Positions 30,044 to 40,600 of a DNA stretch of 64,000 nucleotides are shown piece by piece. Source of the DNA: Candidatus Poribacteria bacterium (GTDB taxonomy: Bacteria > Poribacteria > WGA-4E > WGA-3G). Each line of letters starts with the position of its first letter. Positions within the stretch are counted from its first letter, which is position 1. The position numbers and the translations under genes were made by a program. The stretch spans positions 3,072,001-3,136,000 of the forward strand of contig CAXXLX010000001.1 of NCBI GenBank assembly GCA_963665235.2. Reading direction: 5' to 3'. The notes under the pieces were generated by a model, which was not told the DNA's origin, ran no database searches, and saw nothing but the letters and a program-made list of their open reading frames with translations.

Positions 30044-31702
30044 TTAATTCTCCAACGATATATGGCGTAGGTATTTCCAATTCAGTGGATGGAGTGTAAG
30101 ATTTTTCACCTTTTTGTTAATCACTAAAATCTGTTGTGCATGTGCCAACGGGACCCAGGGGACATCTGTATGGAAAATTGCCTGTGCTTCTTTGTAAAGC
30201 GCGACGCGTTTCTCACGTTCGGTGATTGCCCTTGCCCGTTCTAGGACATCTTGCATTGCATCGCTGCGATAAAAGGCGATATTTCCAGCCGGTTTCTTCG
30301 CCGCCGATTTACTCAAAAGATAATAGAAAAAGTTATCGGGGTCGCCTAAGTCCGCAGACCATCCTAACATTGCCATATCGTGCTCGCCATTTTTGGTTTT
30401 CTCAAGATACGTGCTCCACTCATACGTTTCTATGTCGGCGCGTATACCGACATTTCGGAGTTCGGATTGGATCACCTCCGCGAGGGCACGTCCATCCGGA
30501 ATATAGGGACGTGGCACTGGCAATGCCCAGAGCGTTGTCTCAAACCCATCGGGGTATCCCGCTTCAGCGAGCAGCTTTTTTGCCAATTCGGGATTATAGG
30601 TGTAGTCCTCAATAGAATCGTCATAACTCCAAAGTGTGGGCGGAATCGGATTCTTGGCGGGGATACCCATGCCCTGATATAGGTGCTCAATAATCACCGC
30701 TTTGTTTATTGCATGATTTATCGCCTGTCTGACTTTCAGATTACCGAACGGTTCTTTGTCCATGTTCATCGCCAAATACCCGATGCTCATGCCGGGTTGT
30801 GTTATCAGTTCAAGCCTTGCGTCGTCTCGAATCCGTTGCAGATCGTCCGGGTTCGGAAATTCCATCGTATGAAGGCTCCCATCCTGTAGCGCGATGAGCC
30901 GTACCGAGTTATCCGGAATAGAACGGAAAATAACCCTATCTAAGAGCGGTCGTCCCCCCCAATACGCCTCGTTCGCTTCCAACACAATCTTATCGTTCCG
31001 ATCCCATCGGACAAACTTGAAAGGGCCGGTCCCGACAGGGTGATTGGTAAAATCTGCCCCCCATTTTTGAACTGCTGTTGGGCTCACAATCGAAAACGGG
31101 GTTATCGCAATCGTATAGATGAAAGGCGCGTACGCCGATTTGAGATGAATCTGGACAGTAAACTCATCAACTGCCGTGATTTTATCTACAATTTGGGCTA
31201 AACCTGTATCTATCCAATAGTTATAGACACCGCTACCTTTATGGAACGGGTGGGCCTCCTCATGCTGCCGGTTAAGCGAAAAGAGTACCGCTTCGGCATT
31301 GAAGGGGGTTCCATCATGAAACGTGACTCCCTTGCGGAGATGGAAGGTCCAGGTTAATCCATCTTCCGAACTTTCCCAACCGGTCGCGAGAGCGGGTTCC
31401 AGTTCCGTACTGTCGCGTTTATATTGCAAGAGCGTATCGTAAATGTTATCACACACTTTGAAGGATTCACCATCTACTTCCAACGCGGGGTCAAGCCCGA
31501 CAGAGTCGCCGCCGCGTCCAAAAATTAGGGTGCCGCCCTTACTGTGCGAATCGGCTTGCACCCCCATAGAAAGCAAAACTATGGGAAACGTCAAGAGTGC
31601 TAACCAACCAATTAGTAAAAACGTTCTAGAAGACAGCCCGCGAACAATATCAACGCCGCTACTTGCCTTATGGATGAACCGTATAAAAACTCTATTTTTC
31701 AT
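30044..31702 (-). CDS. DppA-like ABC peptide-binding protein
   Basis: FGRGGDSVGLDP, FHDGTPFNA, PVGTGPFKF, PVPRPY, GDPDNF. True start may be downstream. Confidence 0.92.
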   Translation of the reverse strand: MKNRVFIRFIHKASSGVDIVRGLSSRTFLLIGWLALLTFPIVLLSMGVQADSHSKGGTLIFGRGGDSVGLDPALEVDGESFKVCDNIYDTLLQYKRDSTELEPALATGWESSEDGLTWTFHLRKGVTFHDGTPFNAEAVLFSLNRQHEEAHPFHKGSGVYNYWIDTGLAQIVDKITAVDEFTVQIHLKSAYAPFIYTIAITPFSIVSPTAVQKWGADFTNHPVGTGPFKFVRWDRNDKIVLEANEAYWGGRPLLDRVIFRSIPDNSVRLIALQDGSLHTMEFPNPDDLQRIRDDARLELITQPGMSIGYLAMNMDKEPFGNLKVRQAINHAINKAVIIEHLYQGMGIPAKNPIPPTLWSYDDSIEDYTYNPELAKKLLAEAGYPDGFETTLWALPVPRPYIPDGRALAEVIQSELRNVGIRADIETYEWSTYLEKTKNGEHDMAMLGWSADLGDPDNFFYYLLSKSAAKKPAGNIAFYRSDAMQDVLERARAITEREKRVALYKEAQAIFHTDVPWVPLAHAQQILVINKKVKNLTLHPLNWKYLRHISLEN

Positions 31703-31738
31703 TAATCTCTCCGATGTTCGTTGTTAAAAATATATTTC

Positions 31739-31767
31739 ATGATACAGATATTTCTGGTAGATGTCAA
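31739..31767 (-). promoter_or_regulatory. sigma70-like promoter of the dppA pair
   Basis: TTGACA-17-TATCAT on the minus strand. Confidence 0.65.
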
Positions 31768-31782
31768 GTGAATTATGCAGGC

Positions 31783-32529
31783 GGGTGTGTAAAGTTTTTG
31801 TACTATGATAGAGGGAAGGATGGAAGATTGGAAGATTGGAAGGGGGGAAGGATGGATTTCGCGCGTGTGTTGTCTGAATTGCGGATTTATCGGATTTATC
31901 GGATTTTAAGATGCGTAACAATAGAAGGTTTGTGATTATGAGCTAGTGTGTTGTGTTTTCTATAAATATACCGCCCCGCTGGGGCTAGCTTGTCTGGCCC
32001 TTGTGCTTCTATAAAGATACCGCCCCGCTGGGGCTAGCTTGTGTTGTGTTGTTGTGTATTCTATAAAGATACCGCCCCGCTGGGGCTAGCTTGTCTGGCG
32101 TTCACATTAAACCTGTCGCCCCGATACGCCTAGTCCCAGTATTCAGGCAAGCAGCCTGCTCTTAAGGACGCTATATTTATAGAAGCAGATGTTTCCCCAA
32201 CCCCTAGTCCCGTATTGTCTGGCGTTCACATTAAACCTGTCGCCCCGATACGCCTAGTCCCAGTATTCAGGCGCCCCTGCTGGGACGCTATATTTATAGA
32301 AGCAGATGTTTCCCCAACCCCTAGTCCCGTATTGTCTGGCGTTCACATTAAACCTGTCGCCCCGATACGCCTAGTCCCAGTATTCAGGCAAGCAGCCTGC
32401 TCTTAAGGACGCTATATTTATAGAAGCAGATGTTTCCCCAACCCCTAGTCCCGTAGGGACGATATATTTATAGAGAAAACGGACATTTATTTTCAAACTC
32501 ACGTTTAAGTACAAAAATTTTACACACCC
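31783..32529. mobile_element. MITE with IS256-like ends, 8-bp TSD and composite repeat cargo
   Basis: TIR GGGTGTGTAAA(G/A)TTTTTGTACT and TSD ATGCAGGC at 31775-31782 and 32530-32537. Contains 8-mer and 9-mer repeats, 3 reverse REP copies (31960-32090), 3 units of about 120 bp (32092-32460) and a family A right end (32478-32504). Confidence 0.85.
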
Positions 32530-32537
32530 ATGCAGGC

Positions 32538-32743
32538 GGGGGCCTGTAAAATTTTTGGAGGAGCAAAGGAGAGATAGAGGTCTGGAGGCGTGGAAAGCCA
32601 GAATGACGAATCCGTTTTTCGGGGGTATGCCCTCGTTATAGGTCCCGTCTAAGTTTCGACCCTAAAATAGCACTCCGTCATTTTACAAACGGTGGCGAGG
32701 TACACGGTAGATTAACACATAAGTACAAAATATTTACACACCC
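32538..32743. mobile_element. Second, degenerate IS256-like MITE abutting the first
   Basis: Left end ggggcctgtaaaatttttg and right end agtacaaaatatttacacaccc. No TSD seen. Confidence 0.45.
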
Positions 32744-32864
32744 TCTCTTCACGAAATATTGGCACATCTTGAAAAAGTGTATCTTTTCAGATGAAAAATC
32801 GTTTTATAATAGATAATGCGGATATGAAAACTTTGGAAGAACTTTCAATTTTAGAGTGGCAATT

Positions 32865-34835
32865 ATGGAATCTTTTGAGCAACTCATCCAAAATTTAACG
32901 GATGCAACGCAACCCATCGGAACCCGGCGGACAGCTGTTACAAAAATTGCTGAGATAGGTAACGATCAAGCCTTATCCTTTCTCCTTGACGCGCTAGGCG
33001 ATATAGCCCCGACCGTGCGGCGTGAGGCAGCGAATGCACTACAGCAATGCAATTTCCATGAGGCGGTCCCCGCACTTCTTCGCGCCCTAGAAACGGAGGA
33101 GAATGACCTAACGCGCTGGACGTTCATCGAAGTCCTCGGACACATCGGAACAGCCACAGCACTTCCCGTACTCCAAACCCTTTCAAACACCGAATCTCCG
33201 TTGACCCGAAGGGTAGTCCAGAAAAGCATAGACCAAATTATTGAACGGCATCCAAATGTAGGTCGAGTTGAACCTACAGAAACCCAGCAATTTTCGGAAG
33301 GGACAGCCGAAGTCTCGGAGACAGACAGCCACTTGGCCGCTGATATGTCACATCAGCAAACTTCACACCAAAACATACAGTCAGAAAAATCTGAGGACCT
33401 CTTTGAAAGTGCCTTCGAGGAAAATATTTATGACTTAGACAGTTCGGAAGCAGGGGACTCTGAAAATGCTGAAGAACAGATTAGCACAGGTAGGACTTTT
33501 TTTGACGATTCGGTTAACTCAGATGACGAAAACGTTTCCCCTGGAGGAGAGTCCACCCTCTCCCCACCGTTTAGAATCAAGGCACATTTGTATATAGAAG
33601 ATGGAGAAGAAGAGGCGGAGGATATAGAAAGGACTACTGTACTGGGCACTGAACAAGACGCAGCGACAAGCGAAACACAATTTGAGGACTTTCAAGATGA
33701 ACCAGCGTCATCCGATACGACTACAACATTCGCTGAAACTTTCATCGATGCGGAAACCAGTGATACACCGGACGCACAAGCACCCGAACTTGATACCGAA
33801 GACGACACAATGAAAGATGCCCAAACGCAGATCGAGAAACGTCCGGAGGATGCCGCTGCGCTCCCGGTTTTAGTGCCGAATACCTCCGTTGTCATATATG
33901 GGCAAGAGAAAACAGCACTTGCACCGAGCATCTTCGCCATCATGTTGCGTCCCGGTAGCTACCTTTCAAAACAGTGGGTTACCCGGACAAAGCTCTATCT
34001 CAGCTTATGTTGTTTACTCACTGCAGCAGCAATCATGTTGATATATTCACAGGTGCAACGTCAAACGCGCTCGCCTTATATCACTGGCTTTGAGATTGAG
34101 TTCGTTGGGGACCCCCAACGGTATTTAGATGAAGGTGATTTCCACTTCCAGCAGGGCAACTATCGACGGGCAATTGAAGCTTATGAACTCATTCGTGCGG
34201 TAGATACGTTGGCGGTCGATTTCTATAAGAATCTCGGTTTCGCCTATTTTCAGGAGAATCGATACGCTCTTGCAGCAGAGGCTTACGAATTCTTCCTTGA
34301 GGCACAACAGAACCAGACAGTCGAGCCTTTTGTAGCGGAGGCTTCGAACCGGGGCAGTTTACGGAGGTCTGAGGCACAACGCATGTCGGATAATTATAAA
34401 ATCTACAATGCCCTCGGGACAGCGTATTTGCATTTAGAGGACTTTCATGAAGCGTATCGTGCATATAAAGAAGCGATTGCCCTTGCCCCGAATGAAGCGG
34501 AGGCCTACAGCAACCTCGCCCTTCTCTATTCAGAGGGGTACCAACAGAAACCCCGTCTTGCCGAGGCTCTTGCACATACTGCCGTTAGGCTTAACCCAGA
34601 TGTGGCTCGCTATCACACTATGTTGGGCAGGCTACTCGCTAAGCGTGGCCAGGTTAATAAGGCAATAAGCACACTGGAACGCGCTATCCGTCTACAGAGT
34701 GATTATCTGCCTGCGTACTATCATTTGACAGCAGCTGCGCTAAAATCTAAACAGTCAAAGAAAGCATCTAAAGCTGTACAGAAGCTTGTTCAACTCAATC
34801 CCGCCTTTCTGCATCAACGTAAGCTCACGCGGTAA
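32865..34835 (+). CDS. HEAT-repeat / acidic linker / TM / TPR protein
   Basis: HEAT (VRREAANAL), long D/E-rich region, TM LYLSLCCLLTAAAIMLIY, TPR motifs (YKNLGFAY, YNALGTAY, AYSNLA). Confidence 0.8.
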   Translation: MESFEQLIQNLTDATQPIGTRRTAVTKIAEIGNDQALSFLLDALGDIAPTVRREAANALQQCNFHEAVPALLRALETEENDLTRWTFIEVLGHIGTATALPVLQTLSNTESPLTRRVVQKSIDQIIERHPNVGRVEPTETQQFSEGTAEVSETDSHLAADMSHQQTSHQNIQSEKSEDLFESAFEENIYDLDSSEAGDSENAEEQISTGRTFFDDSVNSDDENVSPGGESTLSPPFRIKAHLYIEDGEEEAEDIERTTVLGTEQDAATSETQFEDFQDEPASSDTTTTFAETFIDAETSDTPDAQAPELDTEDDTMKDAQTQIEKRPEDAAALPVLVPNTSVVIYGQEKTALAPSIFAIMLRPGSYLSKQWVTRTKLYLSLCCLLTAAAIMLIYSQVQRQTRSPYITGFEIEFVGDPQRYLDEGDFHFQQGNYRRAIEAYELIRAVDTLAVDFYKNLGFAYFQENRYALAAEAYEFFLEAQQNQTVEPFVAEASNRGSLRRSEAQRMSDNYKIYNALGTAYLHLEDFHEAYRAYKEAIALAPNEAEAYSNLALLYSEGYQQKPRLAEALAHTAVRLNPDVARYHTMLGRLLAKRGQVNKAISTLERAIRLQSDYLPAYYHLTAAALKSKQSKKASKAVQKLVQLNPAFLHQRKLTR

Positions 34836-34861
34836 ATAGCAGAAGGCCTCCGAGCTAATCA

Positions 34862-35458
34862 TTAAAGTAATGACAACACCTTAACTCTGAGTGTTTCTAC
34901 TTCTTCAGTGAGTGCGCCAATCATCTCATTCTGTTTCTGTATAAGTGCCGCAATCTGTTTCTCGGACTCTCTATCCTTAACTCTGAGTGTTTCTACTTCT
35001 TCAGTGAGTGCGCCAATCATCTCATTCTGTTTCTCCGATGTCCTATCCTTCATACTACGCCATACCATGATAAGCTGGGGTATACCTACGGCTAAGACTA
35101 TGAGAGCTATCAAAGCGAATACAAAGTTCGCGACCATTACGATCTGTTTTTCAACGCCGGTTAAACGTGCATCTAATCGCGCAAACCCCTCTTTCATAGA
35201 CACAATATCGGCTTTCATAGACATAATATCGGCTTTCATAGACACAATATCGGCTTTCATAGACATAATATCGGCTTTCATAGACACAATATCGGCTTTC
35301 ATAGACACAATATCGGCTTTTATAGGCGTGAGTTCCTTCTCAATTTCCTCTTTGACAATCGAGCGAATTTCTTTGAGGTCTTGAGGGGTCAACTGAGCGA
35401 AAGATGGCGGCGCAAGCACACACAAACAGACTGATAAACAGAAAAAAATTCTTAACAT
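34862..35458 (-). CDS. Signal peptide / coiled coil / TM / coiled coil protein with tandem heptad expansion
   Basis: GGAGG RBS, LTPQDL, KADI(V/M)SM x6 from a 21-bp repeat, TM ending VGIPQ, duplicated QNEMIGALTEEVETLRVK. Confidence 0.8.
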   Translation of the reverse strand: MLRIFFCLSVCLCVLAPPSFAQLTPQDLKEIRSIVKEEIEKELTPIKADIVSMKADIVSMKADIMSMKADIVSMKADIMSMKADIVSMKEGFARLDARLTGVEKQIVMVANFVFALIALIVLAVGIPQLIMVWRSMKDRTSEKQNEMIGALTEEVETLRVKDRESEKQIAALIQKQNEMIGALTEEVETLRVKVLSLL

Positions 35459-35634
35459 GATTGATTTCCTCCTCCAAAATTTTTCTAAAAGCAATTATAC
35501 AGAATTTCTCCGATTAACGCAACATCAATTTTTTCCAAACAAATCAGGCATGAACCCCGCCAGCAGCATAAAAAAAAGACGAGGCACGAAACCCCGCCTA
35601 TGTAAAGAAGTTAAGATTTGAGGCGTTACAGCCC

Positions 35635-36714
35635 TCACCTCGCACAACGAAAACCGAAGAGAAAGTTCGCGGTCAGAGGCGTAACGGAGTTACGAGAGGC
35701 AGCCCGCACGTTTCGTACTGCATTGCTCCAAGAGCCACCACGCAAAACGCGGGAACTTTTAACACGTTTATATCTATTTATTAACGACTCGATACTATTC
35801 GCACCCGACAACGGATTCCGAGCAGGCGATGTCGAATAGAAATTGACGTTATACTCGTCCAAGCACCACTCCGAAACATTACCAATCATATCATGCAAAC
35901 CATAACGATTCGCAGTATATTTACCCACTACCGCGGTATCGCCAATATGCCTATCGTAGTTCGCTTTAGTGGAATCTATAGTGTTGCCCCACGGATATTT
36001 TAGACCTGCTAAACCGCCACGCGCAGCTTTCTCCCACTCCGCCTCTGTCGGCAGACGTTTGCCCGCCCACTCCGCGTAAGCCATTGCACCGTACCAACTT
36101 ACCATCGTAACAGGGTGATTCTCATACCCCGTTTTCACACGATATTTACCGGATGCAAACTCAATCCGAGAATGACGCTGACCAATATTGTACCATGGGG
36201 TCCCATCCTCAGCATGTGTGCCTTTAGCATTCAGAAACTCAGCATATTGGGCATTGGTGACCTCGTACTTATCCATGTAAAACGCATCTACATAGACAGA
36301 ATGGACAGGTTTCTCATGAAACACTCCACTGTTGCTTCCCATCTGAAATTTACCCGCGGAGATTCGTACCATGCCTTCAGGTGGTGACGAAACATCGGGT
36401 GCTGCAACAGTGTAGGTAAGTGAAATAGCACCATCATCCCACGTGAGGACAAGCTCCAACGTGCCTAGGGGAAAAGGACCCTTTATTGTCGCATTCATAC
36501 CAGAGATGGATAAGTTACCGTTATTCGCTTTCAGTCCTGTGGGGGTGCCGTTAAAAGTAACGATAATCTTCGTATCTGTTTGGATTGTGCGGCCATCTGC
36601 GGGAATTGCTTTGATAAACGACACCGTTTCTTCTGTCTCATCACAACCACTGAAGGCAATCGCAAGCCAAGTGACAAGCATAGCTATGCCTATGAAACGA
36701 AAATATTTTTTCAT
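35635..36714 (-). CDS. Lipoprotein with Ig-like domain and FGE-sulfatase (SUMF1-like) domain
   Basis: Lipobox FSGC, FQMGS, YEVTNAQY, RLPTEAEWEKAARGG, YGLHDMIGNVSEW, RGGSW, GFRC. Confidence 0.9.
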   Translation of the reverse strand: MKKYFRFIGIAMLVTWLAIAFSGCDETEETVSFIKAIPADGRTIQTDTKIIVTFNGTPTGLKANNGNLSISGMNATIKGPFPLGTLELVLTWDDGAISLTYTVAAPDVSSPPEGMVRISAGKFQMGSNSGVFHEKPVHSVYVDAFYMDKYEVTNAQYAEFLNAKGTHAEDGTPWYNIGQRHSRIEFASGKYRVKTGYENHPVTMVSWYGAMAYAEWAGKRLPTEAEWEKAARGGLAGLKYPWGNTIDSTKANYDRHIGDTAVVGKYTANRYGLHDMIGNVSEWCLDEYNVNFYSTSPARNPLSGANSIESLINRYKRVKSSRVLRGGSWSNAVRNVRAASRNSVTPLTANFLFGFRCAR

Positions 36715-36739
36715 AAAATGCTCACTCCTTACAGTCTAC

Positions 36740-37215
36740 TTGACATACTCTCCCAGCTAAAGCAAGGGAGATTCTTTTAAAAAGTTCCGCTACGCGTTAG
36801 CTATTGGATTGTGGTTTTCAGACGTGTGAACGTCAACGGAGATGCTTGGGCTGTTCCAAGTCTTACTGCCCCTAACTCAAAGGACAAGGTTTCCCTGCCC
36901 TCGTGCTTCGCACCTTCTTTATGCTTGTGAATCAGTGCTTTGGTATCCAATGCAGCATGACCCGTCTTTTGGATACCGAAAGCATTGCACAAAAATGTGG
37001 ATATTGACTGGGTATCGCCAGAACATCAGCACACAACCCTACCATAGGTTGAGGTTCGGAACTTCAACATTGGTGGCGTTGAAGGTGGTAATCCGAACCA
37101 CTGATGATATATATGTTATACCACATTTTAATGCAAAAGTCAAATTAAAAACATAAGCTTATGTTCCTACTACATCCCCCAGCTAAAGCACGGGGGTTTT
37201 GTAGCGGAAGATTTG
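36740..37215 (-). mobile_element. Non-autonomous IS200/IS605 element (PATE-like) with omegaRNA-like body
   Basis: Left end TTAT|CAAATCTTCCGCTAC-AAAA-CCCCCGTGCTTTAGCTGGGGG. Right end GAAT-CTCCCTTGCTTTAGCTGGGAG-AGTATG-TCAA|. No tnpA or tnpB ORF. Internal TTGACT-17-TATAAC promoter. Confidence 0.88.
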
Positions 37216-37222
37216 ATAAATT

Positions 37223-37565
37223 ACTATAGTTTGGACAATATCCGTGAGTCGGATCCCCGCTTTCAAAGCATCTCTGATTTTTCTCTAAGTGCCTCACACA
37301 AATGCAAACAGGAGAAAAATGGTTTCCGCCGATGGGTTTCCAAAGCGCGGTTTCCCCAGCGGGGCGGAATGTTTATAGAATGTTGGAAACCATTGAAAAC
37401 CATTGGAAACCTTTAGCAAGAGGGTTGTGATGCTAAGCATATCTCTGCCGCGCCTCAAAAACCTCTTCCCCTCTTCCACCCTTCCCCTCTTCCACCCTTC
37501 CACCCTTCCACCTATCCGTTTGACAAGAACGTTGGGTTCCCCCCTAAAATTGTCCAAACTATAGT
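37223..37565. mobile_element. MITE with 17-bp perfect TIR and 7-bp TSD
   Basis: ACTATAGTTTGGACAAT ... ATTGTCCAAACTATAGT and TSD ATAAATT (37216-37222, 37566-37572). Contains a REP (ccccagcggggcggaatgtttatag) and 8-mer and 10-mer repeats. Confidence 0.85.
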
Positions 37566-37636
37566 ATAAATTATAACAGATGTCACAAAAAATGCCAGAA
37601 ACAACCAGACACAAACACTATTCCGCTGAGCCGCAT

Positions 37637-40600
37637 TTAGCGCACGATGGAAAGTTTGCCCACGTGTCGCCCGGTTGCTGATTCAAGCACATAGATATAA
37701 ATACCGCTGCTGATGTCTGTAAGATGCCAAACCTTTCTGCACCGATCAATTGCTGTTGTAACAAGCGATGCGACCTGGTTTCCCCCGACATCATAGATTC
37801 TGATATGTGTTCCTTCAGGCAACCCCGAAAATGTCACTTGATTCTCGCGGGCTGGATTTGGATAGACACTTACCGCCGAGAGAGACTGCACAGGAAATTC
37901 CACCGCTAACATGCTTGCATCCGCTGCGATGTCAGCGCCGTAAATATCAGAGAGCTGCAACGTCTCAATTTGATAGCGGCTGTCTGTGTGACGAAGGGCA
38001 CCGGCTGGAAACGTTAGCACAACACGTCGACGCGAGTGCACCAAAATGGCGGATTGCGGGGCATAATTCTCATGCATGTTATCCGCTGTTCCGTTTGCTT
38101 GTCGGTGCAGGCGGTAACGTGCTGGCTGTGCAGCGGAACTGCTCATCGGTTTGTCAAACTGCAACAGAAGCTGATTCGGGGCAGAATAGACAGCCGAAGT
38201 CAACCTCGGCAACGGGGTCGGAACGACAGCAACCGCTGTGGATTGCGCACCGACATGCTCGCCGTTTAGTCCTTGTGATTCAATCACGTACCAATAGGTT
38301 TTGCCCGTTGTCAGTCCTGTATCGACGAAATATGTTTCTGAAATCCCTTTACGAATCGGTTTCAGCATCTCTGAGGCGTGCCGTCGGTGGATAGTATAGG
38401 TAATTGCCCCCAGTGCTGCCTGCCATTGGAGCCTGATTGATGTTTCACTAATCGGTTTTGCGGAAATTCCAGCCGGCGCGAGGGGACCGGTCTGTTGGGC
38501 ATCTTTAAAAACAGCGAGGGCATTTTCGTTGTTAAAAATCAACTCATTGGCACCGTCGTTATCCACATCAGCGACAACTATATTAAAGGTGTTAGTTGCT
38601 GGATGATGCCAGATGGGGTGGAAGTCAACCCCGTCGTATTGCACGAGGTAGAAGTTTGGCGGGGCAGCGATACACAGCTCATTCTGTCCATCGTTATTAG
38701 CATCTGCAATAGTTAGCGCGCCCCCTTGTAGGTCACGAATTCGTTGCTGCCATACTGCGCGATAGCTGTTGTTGCCGTCAGTCGTAAAAATTGTGAAAAG
38801 CCAATGCTGACGAGGAATATCAACTTCGGTAGTCCACACCTTCGCACCGACAGCAAACTCCGGTGTACCATCGCCAGTCAGGTCGCCTGCAGCCAAAAGG
38901 ACGGGGATGCCTTCAGGGAGCATGCCAACCCAGGTATGTCTGTATCGGTTATCTCCGGTGTTTTCGTAGATAAAGATTTCTGCGTCGCTATCACCTGTTA
39001 AAATTTCCATCTGTCCATCCGCGTCAAAATCATCTATAGCGAATCGGGTCGCTTCAATCTTATTTTTACCCTGCGTTGGATTTTCAAGGACAGTTGTGTT
39101 GCGATAGCTATTATCCCGCTCTGCTTCATAAACCCCGATAGCATCAATTCCATTATAACGATAACGAGAGAAAATTTCTGGTTTTCCATCTGCATCGCCA
39201 TCTAAAATTGTGCCGCCCCAGATTTCTGTCGTTTTCCAGATACGTTCTGTCGGGAATTCACCGGGGGCGGGTTGTTCAAGCAAAAATGTGCCTTCTGAGG
39301 AATTGCCCAAGATTTCCAGAAGGCCATCGCCATCGGTATCAGCAGTTCCCCAGAGCCGTGCTAATGGTAACCTTTCCTGAGGGGAAAAAACGTGTTTGTC
39401 CATTAGTTTGTATGTGCTATCATCATACGCCTCAAAAATTTGTAAGACTGTTTCCCCATCGGCATCCGTTCCCATGTCGATGAGCTCTAATTTTCCGTTT
39501 CCGTTCATATCTTCAGCGGCGGCAATCGGGTGCAAATCGTGTGCCACCGAGGCCACTTGCGAAAGATGAAACGGTTGAATGTACACATCTTGTACTGTAA
39601 TTGGATACAACGCGCCGTTGTTGTCATCAATCTGTTGCAAACCTGTTCGATTTTGAACTGTCAGACGGTACAGGTATTCACCGGGGGGCAAACCTACCTC
39701 GGACAGATAGGCGATATGTTGCCGATGCACCGATTCTGTAGTAGCAACCCGTAAGCGGTGAGAGTGGGAGATAGCTTCTACTGCTGGAAAAATCTCAATT
39801 TCTCCGCGTGCTGACACATCTGTTTGCCAGATAACAACCGAATCGACACGGTTTCCGGAGAACCATAGACTTGCCTCATGCTTGGAAATACGTGGTGGTG
39901 GGTGTGCTATTGGGACAACCACTTTGTCTCGGATAGTTTTTCCATCTCCATCTGCAACGCTGAGCCGTAGCGTATATATGCCTTCTGCTAATGCTGTAGC
40001 ATCCCACTCATGCAAAACAGCCTCAAACTTGGGGACCGTTTGCGGAATACCGATAGGATACCAGAGTGCGGGGGTTTCACTCATGCCGAATTCCAGCCAA
40101 TATTTAACGAATCTATTCCCGCCGGCACTTCCGAAAACCGCTATTTTCCCATCCTGCTGAATTTGAGGCACGGCAATATAAGCGGTAAGTGCTATCTGTT
40201 CAGTCAGCGCAGCATAAGCATCAAGGAGCCCGGCTCCAACAAGCGGTGTTAGGAACAGCTGCTGTGCAGTATTTATCAACGCCTGTCGTACAGTTGTGTT
40301 AGCGCACGTTGGATTTGCAGAAATCAGCAGGGCAGCGACACCGGACACGTGGGCTGCTGCCATTGAGGTCCCAGGGCGGGACTTGTACTCTTTAAGGTCT
40401 ATACTAAGAATACCTGCACCGGGTGCCGCGATATCGATGCTTGCGCCGAAATTAGAGCCGCCCCCTAATTGCCTATCCGCTTCGAGTGAGGCAACAGAAA
40501 TGACTGTTTTAAGTGCAGCTGGATAGTATGACCCCGCTTCCGCTGAATTCCCCGCTGCAGCGACCAGTACACACCCACGATGGTAGGCATACTCTACAGC

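Noticed and set aside
35635-35760. DGR variable region in the FGE-sulfatase C-terminus
   Set aside because: The fold is a known DGR target, but no template repeat differing only at adenines and no reverse transcriptase is in the window. A remote DGR cannot be excluded.
36740-37215. IStron (group I intron-IS hybrid) or a 63-aa gene at 36801-36992
   Set aside because: The element ends in TCAA rather than a terminal G, no intron core was recognised and it is intergenic. The small ORF looks like a tnpB 3' remnant.
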